Positions 1 to 13,769 of a stretch of 64,000 nucleotides of DNA are shown here, in pieces. The notes below the pieces were generated by a model. That model was not told the origin of the DNA. It saw only the letters and a list, made by a program, of their open reading frames with translations, and made no database searches. Position 1 is the first letter of the stretch. Every line of letters begins with the position of its first letter. The stretch spans positions 18,764,784 to 18,828,783 of the forward strand of contig CM121341.1 in NCBI GenBank assembly GCA_051530055.1, written 5' to 3'. Source of the DNA: Neoechinorhynchus agilis (lineage: Eukaryota > Animalia > Acanthocephala). The translations under genes and the position numbers were made by a program.

Positions 1-1114
1 TCGCTTATTTTTGTCCGCCCAAAATACGTTTTACGACTTCGCCGAGGCAATTTTTGCATCTGCGCTTTAATTAGCGCGCTTTAGCGTGAGAATGTCGTCA
101 TCAACCGAACATTTTACGGTTCGAATTTTAGCACCAAAAAAGATTTTATTTACATGAGTATTCGAAAACTTTGAATTGCTCGAAAAATCATCTGAAAATG
201 CCTAGAGAATCTTAGATTTATTAAGGTCATCCGTTCAAAAGTTCATGTTCCTTCGTTGTCTCGCTCAATTTGGTAATAAATCGCAGATGCAATTTTCAAA
301 AATAGAAAAGATTTTCATGTTTTCTTGTTTGTCGCTGCTCCACAAAAACAAACAAATTACGCCACTTTTGAATGTGTTTTCAAGCGGTAAATCAGCTATA
401 AAAAGACTCAAAATCAATAATGCGAACCCGAATTTAAACACTTTAAGAATTGTTTTACTCACCGATGGAAATACGAAGATATTTGCTAAATTGTGAAACC
501 ATAGTCTGTTCTATAATAAAACCAGCATAAAAGTATCTTTGCAATTTCGAAGGCATTGTTGGTTGTTTTCTGAGGCGAAACTGTCGTCGCAAAAGTTCAG
601 TTGTTGTAATCAACAGACTGAGCATTACAAAACAAAGAATATTTTTTTCACCAAATTATTCCGATTTTCAGGTCAAAAAACAAATTGAGGATTGCATTCG
701 GGTGGTTAGTTATATTGTTGTTTAAAAATGGACTTCTTGTACATGTTGAGATTATTTCCTCACTCGTCGGCTTCGATTCCCTAAACCTTGGTTTATATTC
801 AGCCGTATCTAAATGGATGCCATCAACTGACAAGCACAAGAACTACGAAGCGAACTATTGGACGAAAAGTCGAGAGGAACGTTCGTTTCTTTTAATTGAA
901 CCGTCATTATGGCACCGTCCTCAATTGCACAAGAAATGACAGATCCTAGGTTCAATTCCAAATAAACTTTGATAAAATTAAGAAAACATTTTTTATCTCG
1001 GTGGAATAAAGAGAAGACTGAAACATGGAACTTATATTTCGAGCACAATTCGGTCACAAAATTAGACGACTTTGATATTTCGAATTAGTCAACCAAAAAC
1101 CTTTTTTATAAAGC

Positions 1115-1260
1115 TCGCTGCAATCTACAATTGCAATATCGTCTCCGTCGTGCGAACGAATCGTCGTGCCAAAAGAGGTTTCAACTAGCAAAGGAAGAGA
1201 AGAATAAAAAGAACGGTCTTCAGTAGCGTAAACAGAGTTTCTTTTCGTTACAAACTCAGT
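1115..1260 (-). mobile_element. Short decayed repeat, also present at about 6825-6960; probably a LINE RT remnant
   Basis: About 130 bp shared with 6825-6960 (gcaatatcgtctccgtcgtgc...cggtcttcagtagcgtaa). The minus strand reads SLPLLVETSFGTTIRSHDGDDIAIV, loosely like an RT region. Confidence 0.4.
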
Positions 1261-2904
1261 CTGCGAGTCCCACCGGATAAACTATTTGACCATGCTTCTT
1301 TTAAATTGTAGATTTTTTTAGGCAGTATTGTTTTCTATTTGGTTACTTTTCTTTACATTCACCACCTCCCACCAAATTCCAGCTTTTGTCCTTCCTCGAC
1401 CGTCGCCATCACGCTGGCAGCATTGCCCCGTTACTGAAGAAGGTCAACGAAAAAGCAGAAAATTTTCAGGATAAATCTATTTTTTCTGAATCAAACATCG
1501 CTAATTAAAACTGAAATTACAATTTTTTATTGCGATGAAATAATTTTTATCAAGCAGAAAAAGGCACTATTTTAAAAATTACTCAGCTTAATTTTTTATT
1601 AACAATCGATAAATATTATATAATCAACACTGAGATATACCGCCTTGAGAAGAGTCTTATAAGTGGACTTAAAAATATAGACCAAACCAAACCGATCATG
1701 GTAAAAATTTAACCTAAATTGCATTAGGACGGTAAAATTTGAAATAAATGCCCAAATAACCGTTAGCAAAGCTTCCCAATCGATCTTCAGTGATCGAGAT
1801 AATAATGAAGGGAGCAATATAGGAAATTATTGTAAATGAAATTTAATCCCCACAAAAGCAAAATACACCGCGTTTATTTGGAAAATTTTATTTAGTGTTC
1901 CCTGATATCATTTAGTCAGAGCTTTACCGAGTATAAAAAATTTAAGTACTAAACGATATTGCGTTTACAGAAGTAAACAACATAAAACAAAAGACAAACG
2001 AATCGCAATAATGTACACAATCAGTCGATCGGAATTTTGATAAATTTTTTCGACCCAAACTCGCACTTCAGTGAAGTAATTAACTGAATCGGCTTGTTAA
2101 AGTGAATCAAGCTTTCGACTTCGAATTTTAGTCGGTGACTATAACCGCCTCGAAGAAAAATAAATATGATAATTAATCAGAAAAATCGGGTGTGGGAAGC
2201 AAAAAGCGTATTCCGTTCCCGCAATGTTATCTGGTGCAAGTCGTTTATTATATATTTTGAGCTTGCGATTGAACTCTCAAAATCAAAAATGCTTCTTTAA
2301 AAACAAGAAAGCTGCTAGCCTAATGTTATATCCGAAATTGTAAACGAGTTGATTAATTCTCATTGAAAACATTGACGACTGTACAGCACTGGTTATAAAC
2401 ATCCGTGTTCGGCTTATTATCTAACCGGCACTTAAAAACCATTAAAATCAAGACGTGGTCGCCTTTCGTTAGTCGATTTTGGATCCATCGGAACAGCAAT
2501 GACGCTGTGTATTTCGGTGGTTGAGGGCAACAGGGAAGTCAGTTGCATTTGTCAGTGGGTGTGATAGACACGAAGAACTGATCATGAGACTGAATAAATT
2601 AAAGGTAGAACAGATTTAATATGTAGGTTCAATGACAATGGAAATAACGTTAAGAATCAGGCACTGCCAGATTCCAAATTACAATTGTGGACTTAGCTGT
2701 ATACCGTTAAACCGAAGGTCGAGAAATTTAAAATGGATCAATCGCTCGTAAGCACACTGGGCTCTGCACTCATATCAAGGGAAACGCTGCTCAAGCTTGA
2801 CTCCCAATTAATACTACACAGTTAGCTGCTGCTGGGTAGTTATTACCCATTTTTCACAATTATATGGAAAGATGCTATAAAAGACGACGATAACCCTCGG
2901 AAAC

Positions 2905-3330
2905 TCATAGGAATTTGATTCTCATAAAAAACGTGAATGTTATGCAATATAATTAGTGAAGTTCACAGCCTAGCGAAACCACAGCCAAGGGAACGGGATT
3001 AGGGAGTAACAGCGGAAAATGAAGACCCTGTTAAACTTAAATCTAATCAGTCTATGAAGAAACCTAGGACATTGCAAATGCTTGAACGCACAAGTACAGC
3101 GAGGTATTTAACACGCTTGCAAACTTCGCAGGTCAATTCATTTGATGCGTTGACATTGGGCGCAAATGATAAAGTCGCCACTAGCGGATAAATCATTGAG
3201 AAAACGTAATTTACACATAGAAAAAGTTCGCTCGTTTTCTGATTTGTACTAAATTTACTCCGCCAAGCGTGCATTTGTATTGTTGCTCCCATGTACGCCT
3301 CCGAATCGAAGGCGCTCAGTCGTAATCCGC
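2905..3330 (+). pseudogene. Heavily decayed and internally deleted 28S rRNA pseudogene fragment (3' half)
   Basis: cctagcgaaaccacagccaagggaacggg...gaagaccctgtt is the conserved LSU segment just downstream of the R2 target. Weaker matches flank it: tgattctcataa...taattagtga, aaagtcgccactagcggataa, ccgccaagcgt. Confidence 0.65.
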
Positions 3331-4014
3331 ATGTACCTGATGTCCAAACCTTTTATAATCTTCAATGTAATGCAATTAAATCACAGGCATCTAGCAAATG
3401 AATAATAATGATTGAAAATGTAAAAAATCCATGAGCACTCGTAATCGAAAGTAACGACCGTTGTTAGGCAAAAACCCAACGTAGCTTGGAAGAGTGTGGA
3501 AAAACGTTTGCCGGAATCCCCTTAATGTGGTTTTGTTAACATCGACGATCAGTGACAACATAGAAGATCTCGAGATCAACTTACGCCTACGAGACGGAAA
3601 AGTATATTTTATCGAAAAATGTACCCTCATTGCTTATTAAAAAAGCAGAATCTATCTCTGCTCTAAATCTTCTTCACCGTCGTTACAAATGAGACAATTC
3701 AGTTTTCCACACGCTACGATGTTGCTCTTACTTTCATTAATCGTGTCGAGAGATTGCAACTAATTTGTGGCCAAATCATTTGCAAGTGGAACTATAGTGC
3801 GCGATAAAGTACGAGATTAATTGATCAAACGATCTTTCCCAAAAATAAAGAATGCGGTTTCAGTGTTTATGGATTCAGGTAAATCTAAGGACATTGTAGA
3901 AATCAAATTGCTACATTACACTCAAAGTTTAGGCGTTTATTATCTTGCATCATTCGTTGCTTTTTTACGGTTTTATGCATGATGCATGTTATTTTGAAAG
4001 TCAATTTAAGCATT

Positions 4015-5031
4015 TTAGTTATTGCTATTTTGAGTTAAATCACAATCCGATTGGTCTTTATTATCTTTAGAGATGCCGTAATTTGAACACTTCTCGTACC
4101 TTTCGGATGTTCGGTGATCCCGAGATTTTATACTTGATAGAGCTGGATAGAAACTGCGCTTGAAAAAATTAATTGATCGGTATCCACGTCGAACCTTAAA
4201 TTTTCCTTCAGCGAGTCTTCGCAAGGAGCCGCCAGGTGGCCGACGAATCGATTTGCGACTGTCGGGCACTTCCCAATCACCGTAATATTGAAAGCCAGCT
4301 CGATCTTCGTCCTCTTCGTAAGCATCACTTTCGTAATCGTGCTCATAATAAGATCTAGTCGGTCGTTGCCGTGCCAAATGTACGTGCGGATCGATATCTC
4401 TTCCTTCAATTAGACTTTTCCTACGAGATTCAATATCTGTGCTTTTAGAATGTCGTAGGAGTTTAGTCCCAAGGACAGCAGTGTTGAGAAACAGTTCACT
4501 TGCGTATTTAATACCCATGTCTCTGTACTGTGATATTGCGACAATGCTACTTTTCTTTGTTTGATTTATGAGATCGTCAATGTCCTTTTCATGCTCCGTT
4601 AATTTAGGTTGTATAATTCGACGATACAGCACATTGTTTCCAGAAGTCGATAGCAAGATCAAGATTAGAAAAATCTTCCCGGTATAATATAAAGGTAGCC
4701 ATGAAAATAAAACGTCAAGTACATTCATCAATTTGGATGGGGAAAAGAGGTTTTTCGTAATTCTTTTAAATTACGCAGCCCAAGTAAAAGAGAGGGTATA
4801 TAAAATATGAAATAAAAGAGATCATTTTTGCCGAAACAAATGAGCCATAAAATCCAAATCGATTACGATTACATTTTCGACAGCAATGAAAAACGACAAA
4901 ACGATCCAGTATTCGAGCCACAGAGCAACACGTTTACGGTCATTTAATTTTAGGGCCTTGTACGATTTGAGTGCTGGATACCCAATGCTTGCGAAGATCA
5001 TAAATGTCCGGTAAATCAAAGTAGATGCCAT
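4015..5031 (-). CDS. REEP/TB2-DP1/HVA22 family ER-shaping protein (REEP1-4-like), interrupted by a 150-nt non-canonical insert
   Basis: MASTLIYRTFMIFASIGYPALKSYKAL...WLEYWIVLSFFIAVENV joined to LDVLFSWLPLYYTGK...VLYRRIIQPKLTEHEKDID matches the REEP1-4 N-terminal domain. ATG at 5031. Confidence 0.75.
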
Positions 5032-5484
5032 TACGAGTAGTTGGCGAATTTTCTGCGTCTTTTTAATCCACACACTAAACAGGCTGAATTTTTATAAGAT
5101 CGCTATAGATGGGTACTCAGCAAGAAAAGTGCATGGCGGCTGATACAAAGAGATAGTTACAAAGGAACGACATCTACGCGTTGGAACACGAAACGTCTCT
5201 ATGGTTTCAGTCTAAGAGTATTTTGGTTCTCGTGAACTTGAGTCAATATACTCATGCTTTTTTCTACAAATAACCGGGAAGCTCTCGCCGTTAATCTTGC
5301 TTACAAGTACAGCACTTTTAATACAGAGATACTTTTCGAAACATCCGCAGTTCTATCCTTATACCTAATCCACTTTTCCTGAAAGGATTAAAATGTTTAA
5401 TGCCAATGAACGTACTAATTTAGACGGATTGCGCTAAATATTATATCTAAGGACTCCAAGTTGATGGTTTTTACTAAACCGTAA

Positions 5485-5790
5485 ATTCTATTCACTCAAA
5501 CTTTTTACATTAAAGTTTCTCGTATTTTCTTAAATTTTTAAATTTCTTATTAAAATTATAGTAAACACTATACAACGCTTATTAACCTAAACTTTTTGTG
5601 TTAAATTTTCTCACCTTTTAAATTTTTAAATTTTATTAAAATTATTGTAAACACCACGGAACGTTTATTCACTTAAGCTTTTTATATTAAAGTTTCTCGT
5701 ATTTTCCTAAATTTTTAAATTTGCTATTAAAATTTAAGTAAACAGTATGCAACGATTATTCACTTAAGCTTTTTACATTGAAGTTTCTCG
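5485..5790. repeat. AT-rich tandem repeat, about 90-bp unit, about 3.3 copies
   Basis: The motif tatt(c/a)ac...aa(a/g)ctttt recurs at 5489, 5580, 5666 and 5757. Confidence 0.7.
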
Positions 5791-6300
5791 CCGCGGGCCA
5801 AGAGTTCAATAAAATAGTGGAGGCATTTAAGAAGGTAAATCTTAAAGGTATTGCGTCTGAGGGAAAGTGTAGTGTGTGAGTCTTATTTCAGATTTGATTG
5901 AGATTGGAGACCCAGAATTCTGAGGGAAGTAGCTCACTCGTCAAATGTCGTATGGAAGATAGGGTTATGATATGAGGTTGCGATAGAGTGAGGGGTCATC
6001 TCGAAGCATTGTAAAAGTTCAGGTAGAATTTGTGAATGATGCAGAAATCTTTGATGTGGATGATTTCGCTAGATGTTAACGAGAGGGAGAGGTGAAAGGG
6101 TGATCGTGTGATGAGAACAGATCGTCGACATATAATAAAAGTTTAGATTGAGACGACAGAGGTTTGAGCTCGTTTAAGAAAATATTAAAAAGAAGTGGTT
6201 ACAGAACGGTGCCTTAAGGTATGTTTTTGTAAGGGATTGGATGATCGAGGAAACAGCCCGGCAATGAAAGTACTGCTGACGATTGTGAAGATAAGCATCC
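5790..6300 (-). mobile_element. L2/CR1-type LINE RT C-terminal fragment
   Basis: The minus strand reads LRILGLQSQSNLK*DSHTTLSLRRNTFKIYLLK, homologous to ORF 31843-32220. Confidence 0.7.
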
Positions 6301-6397
6301 AGCCAGTTGATCTTCAACGCGTTTAGACCTAAATCGGAACAGGCCTGGAGGAATAGTGAATGGTCGATGGAGTTGATTTCTGTTCGTCACAACCAAA

Positions 6398-6600
6398 GGG
6401 GACGTAATACCGCTGAAAGGAGCAAACTCACCGATGAGTCCCGCCTCCTGGAGGTATCTGAGAATCCGGAGAGATGTACAAACTCCTTACCATATGCATC
6501 AGAGTCTAAGTGATTCAATCACTTCTCTGATGTAAGATATCGGTGTGGCTTCATGCTAAGAAGGAAAACTATAAAAGTCGAGGAAGGGATGCCCTAAATC
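6398..6600 (+). mobile_element. Copy 1 of the hammerhead-bearing SINE-like repeat; core degenerate (GTAA for GAAA, CCGATGA for CTGATGA)
   Basis: ggggac gtaa tacc...ctca ccgatga gtccc gcctcctgga ggta tc tgag at 6398-6462. The tail aligns with 18896-19060. Confidence 0.8.
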
Positions 6601-6960
6601 TGATAGTTTTTGTTAAGAGGTGGAAAAAGGCGAGTTTGAAGCATTTTTCGATAATTTTTGAAAACGCGGGCAGAATAAATATTGGACGCGATGATTCGGT
6701 GGAAATCGGATGTCCGTTTTTCAATCAGTCAATTAGAAACATTTTTTTTATAAAACTCGCTGATTTATCTAAGAAGATAAAAGGCTCCCTGCTAAAGTCT
6801 TTTGTCCTTGAAATTTATTTGTGCAGTCTACAATAGCAATATCGTCTCCGTCGTGCAAACGAATCGTCGTGTCAAAAGAGGTTTCCACTAGCAGAGGATG
6901 AGAAGAATAAAAGGGACGGTCTTCAGTAGCGTAACCAGTTTCCTTTCATTTACTTTCAAA
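6600..6960 (-). mobile_element. L2/CR1-type LINE RT fragment
   Basis: The minus strand reads KNGHPISTESSRPIFILPAFSKIIEKC, homologous to KKGHPTSAESFRPISILPALSKIIEKC in ORF 31217-31420. Confidence 0.7.
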
Positions 6961-8199
6961 CAGTAAGTTTTGTTCTTAATCAAAAGCCCGTTGAAGACTT
7001 ACCGCTTTAATGGTTCCGAGGGCGCTTTATTAATAAACGAAAAAACCCGTTGAGGTGAAGTCTCCATTGAAAACGACGATTAGTGGATCTTTCTATGTCA
7101 AAGTTTGTCCATTAAAGGTCCGTTTAAGGATTTGGCAATCCGTGTGGATATTAGAATTTTTTGATTGCGATGAAAATTTTTTTATCGCCACAATTTTGGT
7201 AACTTCATCGTACCAATTTCTAATATGACTTGTGTCTTCGAATGTACAATTGATCGATCTTTCAATATGCGCAATTTCGAAATCATCGGCAGAAAATCCT
7301 TCGGGATAATCAAATTAGAATTCTGGTCTGATTACGGATAACTGATCCACTAATTTCGAGATGTTCGGTCCCACTTTGTAATCAGCTCAGTTCTTGTCAA
7401 GATGTTCGTTTATTTGTTCCATGTCTAACAAATCAATTTCGTTGAGTTTGATTCTTAACTGTTGGAAGGTTTTACTGCTAATTAAATCGCCAAACCCATT
7501 GTCTTAAAATTGCGTAACATCAGTTCAAAAACACATGCAAATAATCCATCACAAAATGAGGGTTAATAACAGCGATGATTTGCTAGTCATAATAAAATCG
7601 AAATTTAAAAGTCGAACTCTAATATTACCGTGAAATAGCCCGTTTGTCCATTTCTAAGAACATATACGATAGACAACTCGAAAGCAGGCTTAGAAGGAGC
7701 ATCAGGATTCCATTAGCGCAGATCAGAGGTTATATGGAAGGTTCTAAACACAGAAGGATAGTTACATTAAATCTCTTTTTTGAGATAATTTAAAATTACA
7801 AAACACGGCTGAAGAAAACTATTAAAACGCTAAAAAGTTTTTTCGGATATAATTCTCAACTGTAGATGTGGGGGAAATTTAAGCCGGAGCTTATGGCTAG
7901 ATATGGGTTCAACTAAACGTCAAAGCGGGACGATCAATCGCATGCGGAGTGGGTCACTTAGCTCAGAGGAGCAGAGCGGGGGGGGTGCAAGTACTTTTCC
8001 GAGAAGATAGTCAATGAGAGAGCTGCAGTGGATTATCAGATAAAAGACCTGGTCATATTGAACACTTCGAATGTTGGACTGAGAACTGCCGCTTTGTAGA
8101 CGCAGAAAATTGACCCGGAGAAATTGCTCTGAATCACGAGCATGATGGAAGCAAGGTGAGCATGCTCTCGGCGAATAAAAGTGACCATGTTGCGTAGGA

Positions 8200-11000
8200 A
8201 GTGGATAAGTAAAATGAGAAAGGATTCAGACTAGGATTCAAGTTTCGACGATATGGACGAAATGAAGCTGATGGTCCGAAGTGCCGAAGATTAGGGTATA
8301 ATCATGTGGATAGAAATTGTCTTTCTGCAGGTGTGGAATGTTAAAAAGTCAACCTTGTGGGACATTTTGCTCGGAAGTGCGAAAACAAGCAGGTTTCGGC
8401 GGTAGAAACGGACAATGATGATGTGCGATTCGAGGTCGATATGGTCCATTCTGATAAAAATGGGAAGCAAGCGAAAATCTGTGATTTATTGAACAGTATC
8501 AAGGTGAACATGCAATTCGACACAGGCGGCGAGGTCAATTTGATCAACCACGCAGTTTGGAAAACGATTGAAAAATCTACTCTTAGAGGAGGTAGGCGAT
8601 TGATTTCATTTGGAGTAGGTGAAGTTGACAGCCTGGGAATATGTGAGATAACGGTTGAATTAACTGACAAACGAAGAAAGCTGAGTGCTCATGTTATGTA
8701 TAAAGGTGGCAAATGTTTGTTCTGACTTTCATGGTGCAAAGAATTCGGAATGAGATTGCCGGAAAAAGTATACATCAAGCAAGTGAATGCGGTCGGTTCT
8801 GAAGTCTCAATATATCAAATGAAGCAGAAATATCCGCAATTGTTTGAAAGGAATAATTCGACAGTAAAAGGCATCGAAGTGGACTTGAAACTGAGAAAAG
8901 ATGCGATACCAGTCAGATTTCAAACTAAGCGTATTCCGCTAGCACTATAGGAACCGCTTAAAATAATAATCGAACGATTGAACACAGCCGGAGTTGTGGA
9001 AATATGACAGTATGCCTGAATGGATTTGTTCCATTGTGGTTGTGAAAAAGAAAAATGGACAAGTCAGGATATGTGGAGATTTCCGAGTCACGATCAACAA
9101 AAATTTCCAAGAAGTTTATTAAATACCGGCATTCGACGAAATCTCGACTAAAATAGCAGACGGAAAGTGTTTATCAACGTTAGATTTGTCACAAACGTAC
9201 CATCAGTTGGAAATCGAGCCCGGAGCAAGACACTTACTCACAGTAGCAACTCAGTGTGGATTATATCGGTCTACGAGAATGCCATTCGGAATGGAGAAAA
9301 CTCCGAAACTGTTCCAGAGATTCATTGACGGAGTGATCGAAGATGGCCAAGATGTTGCGGCATACATTGACGGTATAATCATTACAGGAATGGATGATCA
9401 GGAGCATGTAAAGAATTTATATTGCATAATGCAACGATTGCAGGCAGTTGGCATGCGAATCAAAGCAGAGAAATGTAAGATCTTGCAAACTACCGTTGAA
9501 TATTTGGAGCATTGTATCCAAGAATGAAAAATTCAACCGACAATCGAAAAAGTTAAAGATTTGCTGAACGCTTCGCCTAAACGAAATGTGAAAGATATGA
9601 AAAGTTTTCTTGGAATGATTAATTGCAAGAGAGGTACATCCTACACTTGCACTCAATATGTGCGCCGCTTCACACCTTGACGCGTAAAGGTATAAGATAT
9701 CGATGAGATGCTAAGAAGCAGAAGTTTTAGTTTGCGAAAACGGTGCTGTCGAGAGCGGCGAATCTTGTTCTATTCTCAAAGACAAGCCATCGGTAGCTGT
9801 GATGCTTGTGATACAGGACTGGATGCTGTTTTGATGTAAGAAGACGAGAGAGGGTCTAGATGGCCTGTTTGTTATGCTTCAAAGGTATTGAGCAAAGCTG
9901 AAAATTATGCGAGAATAGATGAAGAGGCACCTACGGTAATTTTCCCACTAAGAAGGTTTCACATGTACCTATTCGGTATACGATTCCGATTAGAAACTAA
10001 TCACAAGCCGCTCGAATACATATTTGGCAACAAAGGAGAATTGTTTAAGACGACAAATCAAAGGCTGGTAACGTGGCTACCATCTTGAGCCAGTATGATT
10101 ATACGATCTAGGCGATCAGAGGCGCAAACAATGTGATTACTGATTGTTTATCGAGATTGGCGGGAAAGAGTAGCGAAATGGTAGTTGTGAACTATCCTGA
10201 GATAAAAACGATAAGAGAAAGTAAGATCGATAGAATCGAGTTATTGGAAGCAGTAAACTGAGAAGAAACGAACAAAGATCAACAGCTGAAGCGGATGTGA
10301 CGATATATTCCATATGGTTGGTCGAAAGTAGTAAAATCTGAAAATGCGATCATGTTTAGGAAACGAAAGGAGCTCAGTGACTCCGAAGGTATCCTAATGC
10401 TGCTAGATCGAAGTCATGCCTGCGAAGTTAAAAAAAGAGCGTCTTAGGTGGACATCATGAAGGTCGTTCAAGGCGCATTGGCAAGGCATTATGTGTATTT
10501 GCCAAGCATTGATGTTGATGTTAGAAGAAAAGTAAGTCTGTTTGAAGTATGTCAGCGATTTCGACAAAATAATCAGGAATTATTGCTGCTCATGTCGGAT
10601 TGGCCCAGTGAACCTTGGCATAGGTTATATATATATCTATCTGGACCATTCCGAGAAAGCAATTTTCTAGTGTGTGTATATGCGTGCACAAAGTGACCAG
10701 AGGTCTGGCGAATGGGAAAAGAGACGACGACTAGGAACGTTATAGAAAAACTCGAGGAGGGTTTTGCAAGCTTGCTTGTTAAGCAGTTCTGGGCGATGCT
10801 TAACACCGATCCGAGTCGGAAAGTTCAACGCTCAAGATACCGGTAATTATGCGACGGATCTCTTTTTCGACAGTCGAGCAGCACTATAAGACACTTTATT
10901 CTTTAGATGAGCATCGCCGTCTTTCAGGCACTTAGTTCGAGGACTCTTGGATCCTACAATAGACAGAAGGATGTAGGAGAAATTTGCAACCTTAAGCGTA
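8200..11000 (+). mobile_element. Decayed Ty3/Gypsy LTR retrotransposon (gag knuckle, protease, RT, RNase H, integrase), many stops and frameshifts
   Basis: GHFARKC knuckle; FDTGGEVNLI protease; GQVRICGDFRVTINK, LDLSQTYHQL, RMPFG and YIDG in RT; ETNHKPL in RNase H; PSEPWHRLYIYLSGPF in integrase. No LTRs identified. Confidence 0.9.
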
Positions 11001-11732
11001 GAGCCTAACGACGTTGTAGATTGCACTGGCGGAACGCTCAACGATGATTTAATGAACCTCAGAAGGAGCATAATTATACCCTCTTGTGTATCCGCCTGAT
11101 TCTTTAATGGCTTGACGAAACCTAAATGCAAGTGCAAGGTAAGTCTCAAGTTGTATAACAATATAGTTTTTGTGTAGGACAAACGGAGCAACGGTTTGCC
11201 ATGTATTTTTCTTACGTTTAACTAAGGAATGGTGGGAATTCATTAAAAGTCCCTTGTTTGTGAAGCCAATGTTCAAAAGTGTAACTATAAAATAGATAAC
11301 AAATGAGGTCCATGACTTTGGAATCGTATCGAAATCACCAACCGAAGAGCAGCAATCATCTTAAAAAACATTTGACAACGAGAACTCCCTAGGCTAAATG
11401 AAACCGAATGCAGTCACGGTTTAACGGAGGAGAGAATACTTGAGAGCGATGCGGAATTGTTTCAAAAAAGGGTAACATGTTGTTTTCATCAACATTAAAT
11501 CACATTTCAGTGACTCTTTAACGACTATTTTGGACTCTACGGACCGAACTTATGTCAGATCTTTTAAATCAAGACGTAGATCCTATATACAATTTATAGT
11601 TCGTGAATGAAACACTAAAACAAGACCCAAAGAGACTAATTGACCTATATGATCAATTCTATGGTTTATTTTTAAAACGCAACGTTCAAGCTTACGTTCG
11701 CTTAAGGTTCTCACATAAATCGTCATTGACTA

Positions 11733-13659
11733 TCAATATTCGGTGTTGCTAAACCAACGTACAACGACATTTGACTTTTCACTGGATGCAATCCACGACA
11801 GTCGATCATTAATCTGAAGACGACTAATTTCCAAAAGTTTTCCATTGTATAACCATCGATCAACAATTAATTGATCGTAATCGTAGTGAATCAGTGAAAC
11901 GAACGGTGTTTCAAAGCACACTTTCGACGTCGATAAATAGTCCCTTATGGAACTAACCTCATAATATGGTTTAGCGAATTCGGGTGTGCATTTGAGACTT
12001 ATAATCGTTTTCGGCTCGATTGAATGTATGTGTTAGTGGATATCGATTATATGATTTGCGCCACCTTTTGCCGATATCTAGCCAACTTGTAAGTGACTAT
12101 AAAGTGGAGTTGAGTAACATGGAAGTAGAAACACAACAGTTGAATTTCTTTTTTCCGCCACTGATTGTCTAACATGATTAATAAGTCTAATAGGTGCACT
12201 TTGGAACTCGACCAAGAGGAACAAAGTCACGAAAATGTTCAGGCCGATCACTATTTTCCAAAATAACGACAATTTTTTGTGTCTAGATAATCCGTTTGCA
12301 CAAAATATGAGCAAAAGAGGATACAGCTGACTGATAAATCGGATTTCTTTATGTTTGATAATTGAATAAGCGATCATAATAATTGCGCTTATCGTGAGAG
12401 TTCTATGCGAAAACACTGATGCGTGTTTCAACTCTTCCAGGATACCTCTAATCAATGAGTATGTGAAGAAATTGAATATTTGTGGAATTCCGATCACTAG
12501 GTACCAATACCATGGAAGCGTACCGAAATATGATGACAAATCCATCAGAATATTAAATTTAAAGAAATTGAATGGACTGCACGTGAGACGATTATAAAAC
12601 CAACAATCGGCGCTAAGGCAGACTGCCAAAGTAGAAAATCCAATAAGTCCCAGATGAATGACTTCAGAAATGGTCATGTCCTTTAGATTAGGCGAATTGC
12701 GCGATTGCTACGAAAATGAGTCTAGCTACTTTGATATTTTTGTGTTTTCACAAAGCATAGAAAATACGATAGACTTTTAGTTTTTAGATTTGGCAGGGAT
12801 ACATGTTTAAAGTTCAACCAAGATCAATATAAGCTACTGATTTAGATAAAATTTCAAAGTACGGACATATACTGCCGATTAACCGATAATCCAAATGTTT
12901 GCAACTAGTTGGAAATTTATAAATTGTATCACTCCAAACCAATGAACAATCACGTACAAACGCAATAAATAGTAAGAGAGGTGAAATGCCAATAATAGCT
13001 GTGGGCCGTATGTAAACAGAAATCGCTGAAATCACTGCCAATGAACTCAATACCGATTTAGTTGTTCTTTTCAAGGAAATCAGTAAACTAAAGTAGAGAC
13101 AGAATATAAATAGAGATTCCTCAATTGTGTTATAAAGAGTCCGAGATCCCAAAAAAGGTGAGAACCAGATGACGTATCTCAATGCGAGCATTACCATCGA
13201 AGATCGGGGCTTAATTAAGTAGACGTATTCGTATAACACTCGGTCCGCAATTGACGTTATTATAGATTGAACGAGCGAAGCGAATCTGTATGGTGTAATC
13301 AAAGCGAAATATTGCAAAAGTTCTCCATAGACAGGAGAGAACCAATGCATGTTTTAAATGAGTCCAAACGTAATCTGATTGGCCAATTTAAGGAGCCAAT
13401 AAAAAACAAGAGTGTAGATAGGAGAGCGTAGTGCGAACGAGCTCCACCATTCCCATGCAAGATCGGTTTCTGGATTGATTTCACGAGTAGATTGCATTAG
13501 CGACGAAATTTCGATCGATTGAAAATATTCGTCGGGCACAAAGTATGTGTTCAAAAGAAGCCAGAACGCAATACGACACAGAATGATTATTTGGGTAATT
13601 GAAAGTATTGGCAACTTCGCCCATAGTTGATTGATCACAGAATTTACGTGGCCATCCAT
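11733..13659 (-). CDS. PIGB: GPI mannosyltransferase 3 (PIG-B family), multi-exon; exact splice sites not resolved
   Basis: Motifs in PIG-B order: FVPDEYFQS, EW..LRSPIY, SRTLYNTIE, IRPTA, PFNFFKFN..YFGTLPWYWY, HKEIRF, FLLPCYSTPLYSH. Confidence 0.8.
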
Positions 13660-13769
13660 CTGGAAATTCTTAATTTGCACGAAATAACCTGAACATTTAA
13701 AAGGGGCGAGTCCGTTCCTCCTCGTAGTGCCGCTGGAAACCTTCCGTTGCATTCCAGTAACGGGAGGAA

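Noticed and set aside
245-1057. Possible gene from ORFs 245-496 and 685-939
   Set aside because: No recognisable domain and no consistent splice model.
1600-2900. Further decayed rDNA (5.8S/28S-like words such as tggatcaatcgctcgt, agggaagtcag)
   Set aside because: The matches are too short to distinguish from chance in AT-rich DNA.
7860-11300. LTR pair and primer-binding site for the Gypsy element
   Set aside because: No direct terminal repeats were found by eye.
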